In this document: positions 42,077 through 53,750 of the stretch, piece by piece | Position numbering within the stretch: position 1 is the stretch's first letter | Layout: each line of letters begins with the position of its first letter | NCBI GenBank assembly: GCA_026415655.1 | Contig: JAOAGR010000004.1 | Coordinates: 43 to 64,042, forward strand | Length of the DNA stretch: 64,000 nt | Reading direction: 5' to 3' | Source: Candidatus Dojkabacteria bacterium | Lineage (GTDB): Bacteria; Patescibacteriota; Dojkabacteria; JAOAGR01 | Translations under genes and position numbers: made by a program | Notes under the pieces: model-generated | Seen by the model: the letters and a program-made list of their open reading frames with translations, nothing else | What the model was told of the DNA's origin: nothing | Database searches by the model: none

Positions 42077-43099
42077 CTAATTTTTATCTGTAGTATTCAA
42101 ATATTTGTTAGCTATTATATCAGCTTTTTCTTTTAATTTTTCCCACCATTCTCTATTTTCTATATACCAATTTACAGTTTGCTTTAGTCCGTCTTCAATA
42201 TCTCTTGAAGGTTCAAATCCTAATTCTACTTTCGCTTTACTATAATCTATAGAATATCTTTTATCATGACCTTTTCTATCTCCTACATGTACAATGAGAT
42301 CTTTTGGCTTGCTTAAAATATCCAATATTTTATTTACAATCCATATATTTTCTCTCTCACCATCGCCACCAAGCAAGTAAGTCTCACCTATTTTTCCATG
42401 TCTCAAAATAAGATCTATACCTCTTACATGATCCTCAACATAAATCCAATCTCTTCGTTGTTTTCCATCACCATACACCGGAATTTTCTCATTATAAATT
42501 GCCCTTGTAATAACCAAAGGTATTAATTTCTCTGGGAAACAATAAGGCCCATAATTATTTGAACAGTTTGAAATTGTTGCTTTAATACTATATGTATTGA
42601 CATATGACCTTACTAGATGATCAGATGACGCTTTCGATGCTGAATAGGGTGATCTTGGATCGTATGGTGTGCTCTCCTTAAATTTTATATCAAGATTATC
42701 TATTGGCAATTCACCAAAAACTTCATCTGTAGATATATGATGAAAACGCAAATCATATTTGCGAACAATCTCTAAAATTGTCCATGTACCGACAATATTT
42801 GTTTGTATAAATTCTCCAGGGCTATCAATACTTCTATCTACATGACTTTCTGCCGCAAAATGGACAATTGTATCTACTTTATATTTAACGACTACAAAAT
42901 CCAAAAGTTCTTTATTACATATATCGCCCTTCACAAATTGGATTTTCCCTGCTTCAACCAAATCTCCAATGTTTTCAAAATTCCCTGCATAAGTAAGTTT
43001 GTCATAAACGATAATATTATCATCAGGATATCTAGAAGCCCAATATCTCACGAAGTTTGTACCTATAAATCCAGCTCCTCCTGTAACTAATATTGTCAT
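42077..43099 (-). CDS. rfbB: dTDP-glucose 4,6-dehydratase
   Basis: ILVTGGAGFIG, YSASKA catalytic motif; 340 aa. Confidence 0.85.
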   Translation of the reverse strand: MTILVTGGAGFIGTNFVRYWASRYPDDNIIVYDKLTYAGNFENIGDLVEAGKIQFVKGDICNKELLDFVVVKYKVDTIVHFAAESHVDRSIDSPGEFIQTNIVGTWTILEIVRKYDLRFHHISTDEVFGELPIDNLDIKFKESTPYDPRSPYSASKASSDHLVRSYVNTYSIKATISNCSNNYGPYCFPEKLIPLVITRAIYNEKIPVYGDGKQRRDWIYVEDHVRGIDLILRHGKIGETYLLGGDGERENIWIVNKILDILSKPKDLIVHVGDRKGHDKRYSIDYSKAKVELGFEPSRDIEDGLKQTVNWYIENREWWEKLKEKADIIANKYLNTTDKN

Positions 43100-43104
43100 A
43101 ATAA

Positions 43105-43962
43105 TTAAATTTTAATGTATTTATCAATGTATTCTGCCACGGCCTCTTGCCAAAATCTAAGTTTTGGTAATTTTGTATTTATTAATATTGAATAATGAGG
43201 TACATTTGCTTTTCTTTTATAATCTTTTAATTTTATCGGATTAACAACGCAATTGAGTTTCAGATGATCAATTATAAATTTTGCCTCTTCAAATCTGCTA
43301 CATATCCCTTCATTTACCATATGATAATAACCCGATGAATAAGTTTCTATATTTTCTAAAAATTTGGCTAATGATTGGGCAACATCATAGGTGTAGGTGG
43401 GCACACCAAACTCATCATCTACCACATTTAACTCAGTGTTTTTCTGAGCCAATTCAGCTATTGTAGAAACAAAATTTTTCTTACCAGGTCCAAAAAGCCA
43501 TGATACACGAAATATAAAAAACTTATTTTTTGACTTTTCAACCTCTATCTCCCCTAGTCTCTTTGCGCATCCATATTCATTTAACTGAATGTGTGGCAAA
43601 TCATCTTCTGTATAACCATCTTGTTTATTTTCACCAAAAACATAGTCTGTAGAAAAATGTATGAGAACAACATTATATTGACTTGTACTATCAACAACAT
43701 TTTTCAAACCTATATGATTAACGAGATAATTTAATTCTTTACCAGTATCTTCTGCTTCATTTACATTGGTATATGCAGAACAGTTTATAATTAGATCTGG
43801 CTTATTTGCCTCTATAAAGTTACCGATAGATTTTTTATCTGTAATATCCAAAATTTCTCGACTTGGTGTCAATAAAAAATAATCTTCTGATTTAAGTACA
43901 TCAAATACAGCTCTTCCAAGCATTCCATCAGCACCAATAATGAGTATTTTTTTAGTTTTCAT
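43105..43962 (-). CDS. rfbD: dTDP-4-dehydrorhamnose reductase
   Basis: ILIIGADGMLG Rossmann, RmlD family length and motifs. Confidence 0.8.
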   Translation of the reverse strand: MKTKKILIIGADGMLGRAVFDVLKSEDYFLLTPSREILDITDKKSIGNFIEANKPDLIINCSAYTNVNEAEDTGKELNYLVNHIGLKNVVDSTSQYNVVLIHFSTDYVFGENKQDGYTEDDLPHIQLNEYGCAKRLGEIEVEKSKNKFFIFRVSWLFGPGKKNFVSTIAELAQKNTELNVVDDEFGVPTYTYDVAQSLAKFLENIETYSSGYYHMVNEGICSRFEEAKFIIDHLKLNCVVNPIKLKDYKRKANVPHYSILINTKLPKLRFWQEAVAEYIDKYIKI

Positions 43963-44509
43963 ATTTAAAATATATATCTAACTCTTTTAGTAAAGGTAAT
44001 TTTGCATCTTTTTCTGACAATATAGGATTATCAACTGGCCATGGGATGCCTAGATCTGGGTCATCCCACCTGATACCACAATCGCTCTCTGGATGGTAAT
44101 AATCAGAAACTTTATATAAAAAATGAACACTGTCACTTAAAGTTACAAAACCATGAGCAAATCCTTTTGGTACAAAAAGAACAGCTCCATTCCCATCACT
44201 TAATTCTATACATTCAAATCTCCCATAAGTAGGAGAGCCCTGTCGAATATCTACAATAACATCAAGGACTTTTCCACATATTACTCGAACTAATTTATCT
44301 TGAGCATAAGGTGGCTTTTGAAAATGTAATCCCCTCAAAACATTTTTATAAGAAAAAGAATGATTATCCTGCACAAATGATAATCTGTAACCTAAAATTT
44401 CTTCGAATCTTTTTTCATTGAAACTCTCAAGAAAATACCCCCTACTATCTTCAAATTTACGTGGATAATAAACAAAAGCACCAGGTAGAATTAATTTTTT
44501 AATTTCCAT
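43952..44509 (-). CDS. rfbC: dTDP-4-dehydrorhamnose 3,5-epimerase
   Basis: Cupin-fold RmlC signature (RGLHFQ...HGF). Confidence 0.85.
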   Translation of the reverse strand: MEIKKLILPGAFVYYPRKFEDSRGYFLESFNEKRFEEILGYRLSFVQDNHSFSYKNVLRGLHFQKPPYAQDKLVRVICGKVLDVIVDIRQGSPTYGRFECIELSDGNGAVLFVPKGFAHGFVTLSDSVHFLYKVSDYYHPESDCGIRWDDPDLGIPWPVDNPILSEKDAKLPLLKELDIYFKYEN

Positions 44510-44692
44510 TTTTAAGATTATACAAAAATTTATAACTTATAGAAGTCAAATATTAATATGCTAACAGACTAAATCCTGTTAGTAAAATTAACATTCCGAT
44601 AAACGCATAGATTAGCCCATGCGTTTTTTTAGAACTATAACCTTGATACTTTAATATCCAAATATTCAAACATTTTGAATATCTATAAGCTA

Positions 44693-46258
44693 TTAAATTT
44701 GATATATATCTGAATATTTTTCTTGGATATATTTTATAAAGTAATCGGGATTCAGATCCTCGCCAGTTACTCTATCAATAAGTTCATTTGGATAATATAA
44801 AGATCCATGAATGTGTATATTTTTACGCAACCAATTCAGAATCTCGATAAATTCTCCTCTGGAAATCAAATATTCAATATCTAGTTCTTTTTTCATTTTA
44901 TTTGCTATCTGTGCTGAATACAGATTACCAAGAGAATATGTAGGAAAATATCCTATATATCCATAAGACCAGTGAACATCCTGTAAAACTCCTTCCCGAT
45001 CGTTTTTTGGCCTGATACCTAATAACCCATGCATTTTATCATTCCATATCTCTGGTAGATCTTTTACTTTTATTTTTTTATTAATCAATAATTCCTCAAT
45101 TTCAAATCTAAGTATTATATGCAAGTTATAAGTTACTTCATCAGCTTCTGTACGTATAAAAGATGGTCTTACTTGATTAAAAAATCTGTAGAGTTGCTCA
45201 TCACTTTGATTTCTTACATTATTAAATAATAGGTTCAATAAATATCTGATGTATTTGATAAAAAATTTACTTCTTCCAATTTGATTCTCATAAAATCTAG
45301 ATTGTGATTCATGGATGCCCAGAGAAACACCGCCTTCTAATGGCGTATCATCAAATTCTGGATTGATACCCTGTTCATACAGAGCATGCCCTACTTCATG
45401 AATAGTTGAGGTAAGACTTTCTCTGAAATCTCTGAGATCATATCTTGTGGTAATTCTTACATCTGTTCTATGTAAGTTGGATGTAAAAGGATGAGCTGAT
45501 ACATCAAGCCTACCCGACTCAAAATCATATCCTAACTTATATGCAACAAATTCTGATAACCTCTTTTGATCTTGAAAATCATAATATACCTCTGTATCAA
45601 ATCCAGAATTCACATCTGAATAATTTTTTGAATTCACAATTTCACTCACAAAATCAGATAAAAATGTACGTAGCTTCTGAGCAATATTATTAAACATTTC
45701 AAAATTAAGATCTGGTTCATACTGATCTAACAATGCGTCATACCTATTCGCTTTATATCCTATATGATCAGCAATTTCTATTAAAAGATTAATTATCCTC
45801 TCCAAACTGTCCGAAAAAATACTAAAATCAGATTTACTTTTTGCCTCCGACCATTTAACAAAGGCTATAGATGTTTCTTTTTTTAGATTAATAATTATCT
45901 GTTCTGGTACACGCCAGTACATTTTTCCTTGTCTTTCTATGTTACGTACTATCGCTTTTTCAAATTCATTTAATTCTAAAGTCTGAACATCTTCTATCAT
46001 CTCCTTAAATTTAGGATTTTTCCACTTATTCACAATTAACTCCTCTATATAAGCAGCATGTGATGCACGACTTTCAGAGCCTTTCGGTGGCATACTAACA
46101 TTGAGATCATAATCCAATACTGAATTAATTTTCTGTAAATAGCTTATTTCGCGATAATAATTTAAAATATCTTGTATTTTTTTATTTTGTACAAACATTA
46201 TTCGAATATATATTGTATAATCTATCAAATATTGTAAAAATAATAAATATATGTACAA
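44693..46258 (-). CDS. M32-family carboxypeptidase (Taq-like); true start probably internal Met near 46198
   Basis: HEVGHALYEQG zinc motif, IRTEADEVTYNLHIILRFEIE block. Confidence 0.75.
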   Translation of the reverse strand: MYIYLLFLQYLIDYTIYIRIMFVQNKKIQDILNYYREISYLQKINSVLDYDLNVSMPPKGSESRASHAAYIEELIVNKWKNPKFKEMIEDVQTLELNEFEKAIVRNIERQGKMYWRVPEQIIINLKKETSIAFVKWSEAKSKSDFSIFSDSLERIINLLIEIADHIGYKANRYDALLDQYEPDLNFEMFNNIAQKLRTFLSDFVSEIVNSKNYSDVNSGFDTEVYYDFQDQKRLSEFVAYKLGYDFESGRLDVSAHPFTSNLHRTDVRITTRYDLRDFRESLTSTIHEVGHALYEQGINPEFDDTPLEGGVSLGIHESQSRFYENQIGRSKFFIKYIRYLLNLLFNNVRNQSDEQLYRFFNQVRPSFIRTEADEVTYNLHIILRFEIEELLINKKIKVKDLPEIWNDKMHGLLGIRPKNDREGVLQDVHWSYGYIGYFPTYSLGNLYSAQIANKMKKELDIEYLISRGEFIEILNWLRKNIHIHGSLYYPNELIDRVTGEDLNPDYFIKYIQEKYSDIYQI

Positions 46259-49200
46259 AAATAAATATATAACTCTATTATTTCTAGCTTTAATAGCCTT
46301 ATTTTACGTTATAAATCCTAATATGTTTTCGGTTATTTCTGCAGCTTCAAATTTAGAATTTATACAAAAAGGTTACGATTTCAATGAAGTAACATTACAA
46401 TTCTTCGATGAAAAATCAAACCCTGTCCCAAGTTTAAATATAAAATATAAGGATGAAATATACAAAACAAATGAAGATGGATTTATATTTATAAATAATG
46501 TCAAAAAGGGCAATAATGAATTTGCTATATTGCAAGATAATAAAGAAAAAATAATAAATATAGATATTAATTCTGATTATATAGAATATAAAATTGATTC
46601 AAATATATTTAATAAAACTCCATTTGAACAAATAACAGACTTTTTTGCATCCAATATAGTATTTATATCTATTTTAGTTATCGTTAGTATTATAGTAATA
46701 ATTATTTCTCAAGGTATAGTCAAAAATAAGTTTTCTAATCTTTTTAATTTATCTAAGTCTTATAAACTCTCCTCAATAGTATTAGTGATTATCCTTATAA
46801 TTTCTGCTGTTGGTGGATTAATTATATCAAATATATACAGCATAAATTTTACTAGTGCCGCAGAAATAGGATCTCTTCCTGCACCAACAAATGTCAAAGC
46901 ATTTCCGGATGATAGAATGGTTACATTACAATGGGATTATGTTCAAAATGCATCATCCTACAACATAGTTGGATATGTTGTCCGATGGGGTAAAAGATCT
47001 GATGGATTTTTTACAAATCAAATACAAACTATTTATAATCAAGTACATGTAGAACCATTAGAAAATGGTGTGGAATATGTGTTTTCTGTACATAGCGTCA
47101 CAGGTCGTATCCAAAACAGCGTAACTCACAATGGGATCACCTATCAAGGCGAATTTGCTGTATCCGATGGTAATTATTCTCCAGGCGTTTATCTTATTGC
47201 AACCCCAACTTCTGCAAGAATTGATTTCTTAAAATCGCGAATGACTGCGTTTTTCGATGATTTTAATATATCAAATGGTAATCCTGATGAAACAAAGTGG
47301 AATACTGCATATAGAGGATGTTCTGATCCCGGAGAAAATGGTTATTTTGTAAATAGAATGCATGTTCACAATAAGGTGCGGGCAAGATCTTCTTATGTTG
47401 ACACTACAAGTAATCTGCCTTATTGTGACAGATCTGCGTCGGCCTCTCGTGCTAGGGCGATATTTGATACTACGGGTGCAACGTTGTCAAATCCTGCTGT
47501 AATAACTATGGATAGTGCCGGATCTCCTAGAAATCGTGATATTTGGTATATAGATCTTGTACCAGTGGATGCAAGAAAGAATGGAATACCCGTTGACTTA
47601 GTCGGTCATAATGATTTCTTTCAAAGTGACAGAAATGATCCAGGTAGAATGTTTAGAATATCTCAATTTGCTAACGAAATATCATTTCATGCATGGGATT
47701 ATAATAGAAATCCATATAAGTTAAATTTAAATTATACATGTCAAGGCTGGTCTGATACAAAGGTCGATCTGAAATGGTGCGATATTAATAAAAGAAATTG
47801 GGTAAAAACAAACAAATATAGCCCTACACCACTGCCAGATGCTACTTTACAAACATATCCACATGTAAGACGACAGTGGGTAATAGAATTTTCACCACAG
47901 GAAATAGTGTTATTTATAAATGGGATAAAAGTTGCATCTGCAACAACACCAGAATATCTTCGTAACATTACCAAACATCATGTTATATCAGAAATATTCT
48001 CATATACTACAGGAAAAGATTTTGAATTTGTTAGTCCAAAAATAAGGCCTACTATGGCTCTTCTGGATTGGGATAACTTTGGATTTACGGGTCCACGACA
48101 AAATATTAGAGTACACAACTATATTGACGGTGGTGAAACTGGAAATATACCCCAGATAGCAACGGGGCACCCAAATTATCCCATACAGGAGGGTAATCGA
48201 ACATCAAAAATAATAATTCCGGATGACATCGGTTCACCTCGTCAGGCAAGATTGATGTTTACTATAAATCCACTTAGATACTCAACATACGTTTGGAATC
48301 CAAATCATTACATAGAAATAAACAACAATAGATACAATTTTCCAAACCCAAACGACAACATAAATGGTCCGACCATGCCCGTAATCGCCGATATTTATTT
48401 ACCTCATTCAACTGGTATTTTAATAAATAAAAATCATCTTATAAGAGGAGAGAATGTAGTTAAATTTTTCCTGGATACTGATGTAATAAATGTACATTTG
48501 GAACTAGAATATGATGAAAATACAGCCCCATCTTATACTCAACCCCAAAATGTGTTTTCGAATGTGAATTATAATGACTTTGTCGTGCCAAAGACAAGAT
48601 TCAATGATTTTTACTTATTTGTAGAACAGGACATGGGCCTCAGAATGCCTCTACCATTTCCCATACCACCACAATATTTATCTAATCCAAATCCATCTAC
48701 ATCTCCAACAGTCAGCATGACTATAACACCTACTTTTACTAACGCACCAACACCTACTAATACACCAATTCCGACAAATACTCCTACCCACACAAGTACA
48801 CCTATTCCATCTCCAACAGCTACTACTCCATTACCAAGTCCAACCATAACAAACACTCCACAACCTACTGCATCTCAGACACCAACACCTACATCAACTC
48901 CAAATCCTGATACCAATATTCTTGGATACAATATTGAAGGACAAAAAATAGACAGTGGAAATTCTGGAAGATTAACATTTATCAAGATAACAAATGGAAG
49001 TACGAGAAAAAGAATAAATAAAATAAATATAGCAGTAAAAAATATAAGTAGACTACAAAATAATCGTGTCTATCAAGTAATAATATATGGAAATTATAAT
49101 AGTCGTCCAAAAAATATAATATACAAAACTGCAGGCCTGATGCTAAATCCAAACCAATTATGGCAGACGGCTGATTTATCAGCTCAAAACATAATATTGG

Positions 49201-49400
49201 AACCAAATAAGACTTATTGGATAGCTTACAACACAAATGGTCAAAATAGTGGCGAGAATGTCCTGATTTATGACGATCACCCAGACTATCTATCTAGTAA
49301 AAGCACAAGAAGATTCAATTTGTATACTACACCGTTATATCCGTCTGTAATGCAACTACCAAGAATATATTCCGTATATTTAGAGACATCCAATCCTTGA
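46251..49400 (+). CDS. Large membrane-anchored surface protein with fibronectin-III-like domain and Pro/Thr-rich linker
   Basis: N-terminal TM, second TM ~aa 130-190, FN3-like PAPTNVKAF...LQWDY, PT-rich tract 48690-48900. Confidence 0.5.
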   Translation: MYKNKYITLLFLALIALFYVINPNMFSVISAASNLEFIQKGYDFNEVTLQFFDEKSNPVPSLNIKYKDEIYKTNEDGFIFINNVKKGNNEFAILQDNKEKIINIDINSDYIEYKIDSNIFNKTPFEQITDFFASNIVFISILVIVSIIVIIISQGIVKNKFSNLFNLSKSYKLSSIVLVIILIISAVGGLIISNIYSINFTSAAEIGSLPAPTNVKAFPDDRMVTLQWDYVQNASSYNIVGYVVRWGKRSDGFFTNQIQTIYNQVHVEPLENGVEYVFSVHSVTGRIQNSVTHNGITYQGEFAVSDGNYSPGVYLIATPTSARIDFLKSRMTAFFDDFNISNGNPDETKWNTAYRGCSDPGENGYFVNRMHVHNKVRARSSYVDTTSNLPYCDRSASASRARAIFDTTGATLSNPAVITMDSAGSPRNRDIWYIDLVPVDARKNGIPVDLVGHNDFFQSDRNDPGRMFRISQFANEISFHAWDYNRNPYKLNLNYTCQGWSDTKVDLKWCDINKRNWVKTNKYSPTPLPDATLQTYPHVRRQWVIEFSPQEIVLFINGIKVASATTPEYLRNITKHHVISEIFSYTTGKDFEFVSPKIRPTMALLDWDNFGFTGPRQNIRVHNYIDGGETGNIPQIATGHPNYPIQEGNRTSKIIIPDDIGSPRQARLMFTINPLRYSTYVWNPNHYIEINNNRYNFPNPNDNINGPTMPVIADIYLPHSTGILINKNHLIRGENVVKFFLDTDVINVHLELEYDENTAPSYTQPQNVFSNVNYNDFVVPKTRFNDFYLFVEQDMGLRMPLPFPIPPQYLSNPNPSTSPTVSMTITPTFTNAPTPTNTPIPTNTPTHTSTPIPSPTATTPLPSPTITNTPQPTASQTPTPTSTPNPDTNILGYNIEGQKIDSGNSGRLTFIKITNGSTRKRINKINIAVKNISRLQNNRVYQVIIYGNYNSRPKNIIYKTAGLMLNPNQLWQTADLSAQNIILEPNKTYWIAYNTNGQNSGENVLIYDDHPDYLSSKSTRRFNLYTTPLYPSVMQLPRIYSVYLETSNP

Positions 49401-49432
49401 CATATATTTTTGAAAACTATAAATAATATAAT

Positions 49433-52033
49433 ATGCTTAACAATAAGAAAATTACAGTCCTTATATTAGTTATTCTCATTATTCTCGGAATATCAAGTGT
49501 GTTATTAATTGTATTTGGAGGAAATCTGTTTAATTTTACTAGCGCTAACTTCAATACTTATTACATAGACTCACAAAATGGTAATGATACTAATTCAGGA
49601 GATTCAGAAAGTAGACCTTGGAAAACTTTGAAAAATCTAGAAAGAATCACCTTAAAGCCTGGTGATCGTGTTTTACTAAAGCGTGGCTCGTTTTTTAACG
49701 AAGAATTAAAAATTAATGGTTCAGGTACAAATAGAGACAAAATTGTGATAGATACTTATGGTAGTGGAAACATTCCTATTATCAACGGTACTAGATTAAC
49801 TAATGCATCTGAATGGCAACCATCAACTCAAAGAGCGAATGTTTATCGAATCAAGACTTTTGCTGGTAACATAATAGTAAACGATAAAAAAGGAACTGAG
49901 AAAAAAAATATTAATTCATTAACAAACGATGGAGATTATTACAAGGATTATTATAGTAGAGTAGCAAATACCGATGGTCATCTTTATGTGTATTTATCAA
50001 GGCCTATCAGTGAATACAAATTAGAGATATCAACTATAAATAATTTACTAACAATCAAAAATAATTCTCATATTATTATCAGGAATATTCATTTTCGTGG
50101 TGCAAATCAACATAATATTTTAATTACTAATGATGACCCAAATCGAGTAGATTCACAAATAACAATAGAAAATATAGTTTCATCTGAATCAAGGTTTAGT
50201 GGGATATATTTACAACATACAAGATCAAATACTATTAGAAATTCAGAGATTAGAGATAATGGCCAAGAAGGTATTAGAATGCTAGTAAGAGAAGAAAGAT
50301 TTTCTAATCTAGGATATAACCTAATCGAGTCAAATAAAGTTTATAACAACGTAATGCCAGGTATTCTATCTGAAGGATATACATCAGGAATACCAATGCG
50401 AGGAAATGTCATCAAAAATAACATAATATTTAACAATGGGGACGGAATATATATAAGATATACACAAGATACATTTGTATTAAACAATACCGTATACTCA
50501 AATAATAACACTAATTATTTCGGTGAAGGTGATGGTATACCCCTACAAAGTTCATCTAATAACGTTATAGCTGGAAATGTAGTATTCAAACACAGAAATA
50601 GTGGTCTACATATATGGGGTGGACAACCAACTGCAGAAAAACCTAAATACGGTAGGACAGATAATAATGTTTTCTATAACAATATTTCCTATGAAAATAG
50701 CAAAGGATTTTTCATATCATCATCATATAGTGATAATAATAAGTTCTACTATAATTTGGTTTATAAGAATACTCGTGCAGGGCTGCATATTGGTCACGCA
50801 AATAGTAAAAATAACGAGATTTTTAATAACACGATCGTAAAAAATGAAAAATCAATACAGTTCTATATGGGCTCTGAAATATCAAATCGATACTATAATA
50901 ATATCTTTGCCTTAAACAAATCAGGATTTTCAGGACATACACAGCCTATACAAAACTTTTCAAGCAATGCTTATTTCCAAGAGGACTTTTCTAGGCTGAG
51001 ATCCAGTAGTATTCGAGATGTTGATCAAAATGCAATTTTAGATGATCCATTATTTGTAGACCCAGATAATGATAATTATCGACTTAAGAGTAACTCTCCA
51101 CTAATTGATAAAGGCATTAGACACAATATAGAAGTAGATCTAGAAGGAAAAAGAATAATTAACTTACCAGATATAGGTGCGTTCGAATTTAACACATCAT
51201 CTAATCCTAATCCCAATCCTACTTCTACTACAAGACCAACAGCAACCTCTACTCCAGTTCCAACACTCTCTCCAACTCCTACAATTTCTAATAATACTCC
51301 TTCACCATCTTTAGAACCGATCCCTAGTGCTCCAATCACTTCGACTACAAGACCGACACCAACAGAAAGAATTATAATTGATAATTCTAATCCTGCAATA
51401 TATTTACCATTCGATACAGCAATCACACGTGAAAATGACAATTCAGGTAGTTTGAATATCAAATTCAAATCTGTTAATAGTCCTGTTGTCCAAGAAAGAT
51501 ACAAAAGATTACGCCTCGATGCAACAAAACAACAATATTTAACAACAGATCTTACAAATAATGATCAAATCTTCGCAAATAGTTTTACGATAATGTTTTA
51601 TTTACAACCAATTCGTATAGATCGAGGTAGTGGCAAGACTATATGGGGAAACTTCATAAATCGATTTGGTGGATTTAGAGTAGCAGTACATGGATATGAT
51701 GACAGGATAAGCTTTGAATATAAAAAAGACAGAGATTCAACTACTCAATCCGTTACAGCTGATTATACTTTACCATTAAATAGTTATACTCATGTTGCCT
51801 TTGTATATGATAAGCCTACGGGAGCATTAAAAATATATGTTAATGGTCAAGAAAATAAATCTGTGAATATAGGATCTGATGTAATTAATCTAGCAAATAA
51901 GACTTATCATATAGGATATAATCCATATAATAATACTTATTACAATGGATACTTGGATGAATTTAAAGTTTATGATAGAGCGTTAACAGTTGATGAAATA
52001 AGAAGTTTCGCAGGACAAACATACAACAATTAA
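49433..52033 (+). CDS. Surface protein with right-handed parallel beta-helix repeats, PT-rich linker and C-terminal LamG/concanavalin-like domain
   Basis: Repeated NN-I/V-x-x-N-x-G-x-GI beta-helix rungs, PT-rich 51190-51370, C-terminal LDEFKVYDRALTVDEIRSF. Confidence 0.5.
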   Translation: MLNNKKITVLILVILIILGISSVLLIVFGGNLFNFTSANFNTYYIDSQNGNDTNSGDSESRPWKTLKNLERITLKPGDRVLLKRGSFFNEELKINGSGTNRDKIVIDTYGSGNIPIINGTRLTNASEWQPSTQRANVYRIKTFAGNIIVNDKKGTEKKNINSLTNDGDYYKDYYSRVANTDGHLYVYLSRPISEYKLEISTINNLLTIKNNSHIIIRNIHFRGANQHNILITNDDPNRVDSQITIENIVSSESRFSGIYLQHTRSNTIRNSEIRDNGQEGIRMLVREERFSNLGYNLIESNKVYNNVMPGILSEGYTSGIPMRGNVIKNNIIFNNGDGIYIRYTQDTFVLNNTVYSNNNTNYFGEGDGIPLQSSSNNVIAGNVVFKHRNSGLHIWGGQPTAEKPKYGRTDNNVFYNNISYENSKGFFISSSYSDNNKFYYNLVYKNTRAGLHIGHANSKNNEIFNNTIVKNEKSIQFYMGSEISNRYYNNIFALNKSGFSGHTQPIQNFSSNAYFQEDFSRLRSSSIRDVDQNAILDDPLFVDPDNDNYRLKSNSPLIDKGIRHNIEVDLEGKRIINLPDIGAFEFNTSSNPNPNPTSTTRPTATSTPVPTLSPTPTISNNTPSPSLEPIPSAPITSTTRPTPTERIIIDNSNPAIYLPFDTAITRENDNSGSLNIKFKSVNSPVVQERYKRLRLDATKQQYLTTDLTNNDQIFANSFTIMFYLQPIRIDRGSGKTIWGNFINRFGGFRVAVHGYDDRISFEYKKDRDSTTQSVTADYTLPLNSYTHVAFVYDKPTGALKIYVNGQENKSVNIGSDVINLANKTYHIGYNPYNNTYYNGYLDEFKVYDRALTVDEIRSFAGQTYNN

Positions 52034-52441
52034 AGTATTATTCTTTTATATAAGTAACCATTTATAATAATCTAATGCCTCTAAAACAAAGACCTGCTAC
52101 GTTATGGAAAAATATACATACAATCTAATAATAGAATTTATTACACTATTTATTTCGAATTCAAACATTATTATTTTTAATAAAATCGAAAAATATATAT
52201 TTTCAATTTAAACGTCAAAAAAAATAAAGAATATATTATAATAATTAGATCACTTTCAAACAGAAGTATTTATCTACCTAATAAAAATTTATTTTAATAA
52301 TCTGTTTATTTTAAAAACATATTATTAAAAAAAATAGATTCAATAATTTATATGTAAAGCAATGTAGTCAGATTATAAACTTAAATTTCAAACTGTCTAA
52401 AATCTAAATATTATTTTTATCAGGATTTAGTCCAATAACTT

Positions 52442-53707
52442 TTATTTATACAAAGGAACAAACTCCATATTAATTATAAGCCTACCAGTTTGCTCATTTG
52501 CGTATAGAATTTTAGATTTAATATTAGCTCCTATAGTCTCGGGCATCTTTAGTGTTAATCCGAATCCTCCTATGCTCGGATTATAAAATACAGATACATC
52601 ATAATAATCCCACGAATCGTCTATATATGGCCAAACAGTTTTGGGCATATATCTAATCCACACTCTATTATGCTTTTCAAGATGTTCAATTTTATAATCT
52701 ATATTAAAAGCATCTAGTCCCATGATCAAATTTGTACTCCAAAGAGTCGCATAAAAACAGACTCCCCCTGCCCTTACATATGAATCTACACCCCCAACCA
52801 AAGCTCCACCATAAACATATTTATCGTATTTATCGTCATCCAAACCCAAAATTTTATATAAATAAACTCTATCTTGCACATAACTATGATTCAATCTAGA
52901 AAAATATTCACCTGCTTGTATATTTTTCATCTTAACCCAATAGTAGGTAACGTCCGCCATAACCGTACTAGCTTTTTTTGCATTACTAAGTTTATCAATT
53001 GCCTTATCTAAGCTTAACTTTATAAATATATCATTTACACTAGATCTATATGAATCTCGTGAATATGTATTTGAGGGTGTAAAGTAGATGTAACCATCCT
53101 TATAAAGAATCTTGTTTATCTCAATAGTTATATCTTCATCTAAATTTATAGTTTGAGGTGGAGCACCATAATTACTTATAATTTCTATAGATTCTCCCGA
53201 ATTTAAAGTTATGCCAATGTGAGGTAAATAGATATCTTTGCCTCTTACTTTTGATTCTGTTTGTTTTGCAAAATAATCAAATAAAAGTTTTAATCTTATG
53301 AGACTGTCTTCATGTCCAGGTGATATAATTTGCTTTGCTCTTGACTCATCAATAGGATCAAATCTTATTGGAGAATTATCTTTAATTCCCGATAACATTA
53401 GATATCCTAAAGAAGAGTTATACTTTAACAATGAATAAAAATTTTGCCTTGTTTGGTCATCAATCTCTATACCTGTAGTTATAATAGTTGAAAGATTTTC
53501 ATTTGTAAGTTTAGTCTTTTCTAAAATTCTATTTATTTTATCAATAGGAAAAGATGGTACAACATATATATTTTTTGTTACCGCATTCGTATGTTGGGAT
53601 GAGGGTGAATTTATAATGTATAGTATAAAAAATATAACAACTAGAATAGAAATAAGCAGAGAAAAATTTACAAAAATCAAAACTTTACGCGTATCTTCCC
53701 TTATCAT
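52442..53707 (-). CDS. VanW-like domain protein, membrane-anchored
   Basis: N-terminal TM; AGGVCFYATLWSTNLIMGL resembles VanW GGGVCQ.STTLYNA motif. Confidence 0.4.
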   Translation of the reverse strand: MIREDTRKVLIFVNFSLLISILVVIFFILYIINSPSSQHTNAVTKNIYVVPSFPIDKINRILEKTKLTNENLSTIITTGIEIDDQTRQNFYSLLKYNSSLGYLMLSGIKDNSPIRFDPIDESRAKQIISPGHEDSLIRLKLLFDYFAKQTESKVRGKDIYLPHIGITLNSGESIEIISNYGAPPQTINLDEDITIEINKILYKDGYIYFTPSNTYSRDSYRSSVNDIFIKLSLDKAIDKLSNAKKASTVMADVTYYWVKMKNIQAGEYFSRLNHSYVQDRVYLYKILGLDDDKYDKYVYGGALVGGVDSYVRAGGVCFYATLWSTNLIMGLDAFNIDYKIEHLEKHNRVWIRYMPKTVWPYIDDSWDYYDVSVFYNPSIGGFGLTLKMPETIGANIKSKILYANEQTGRLIINMEFVPLYK

Positions 53708-53750
53708 GACTATATTGTAGCATAATTAAACATAAACATATATAAATACT

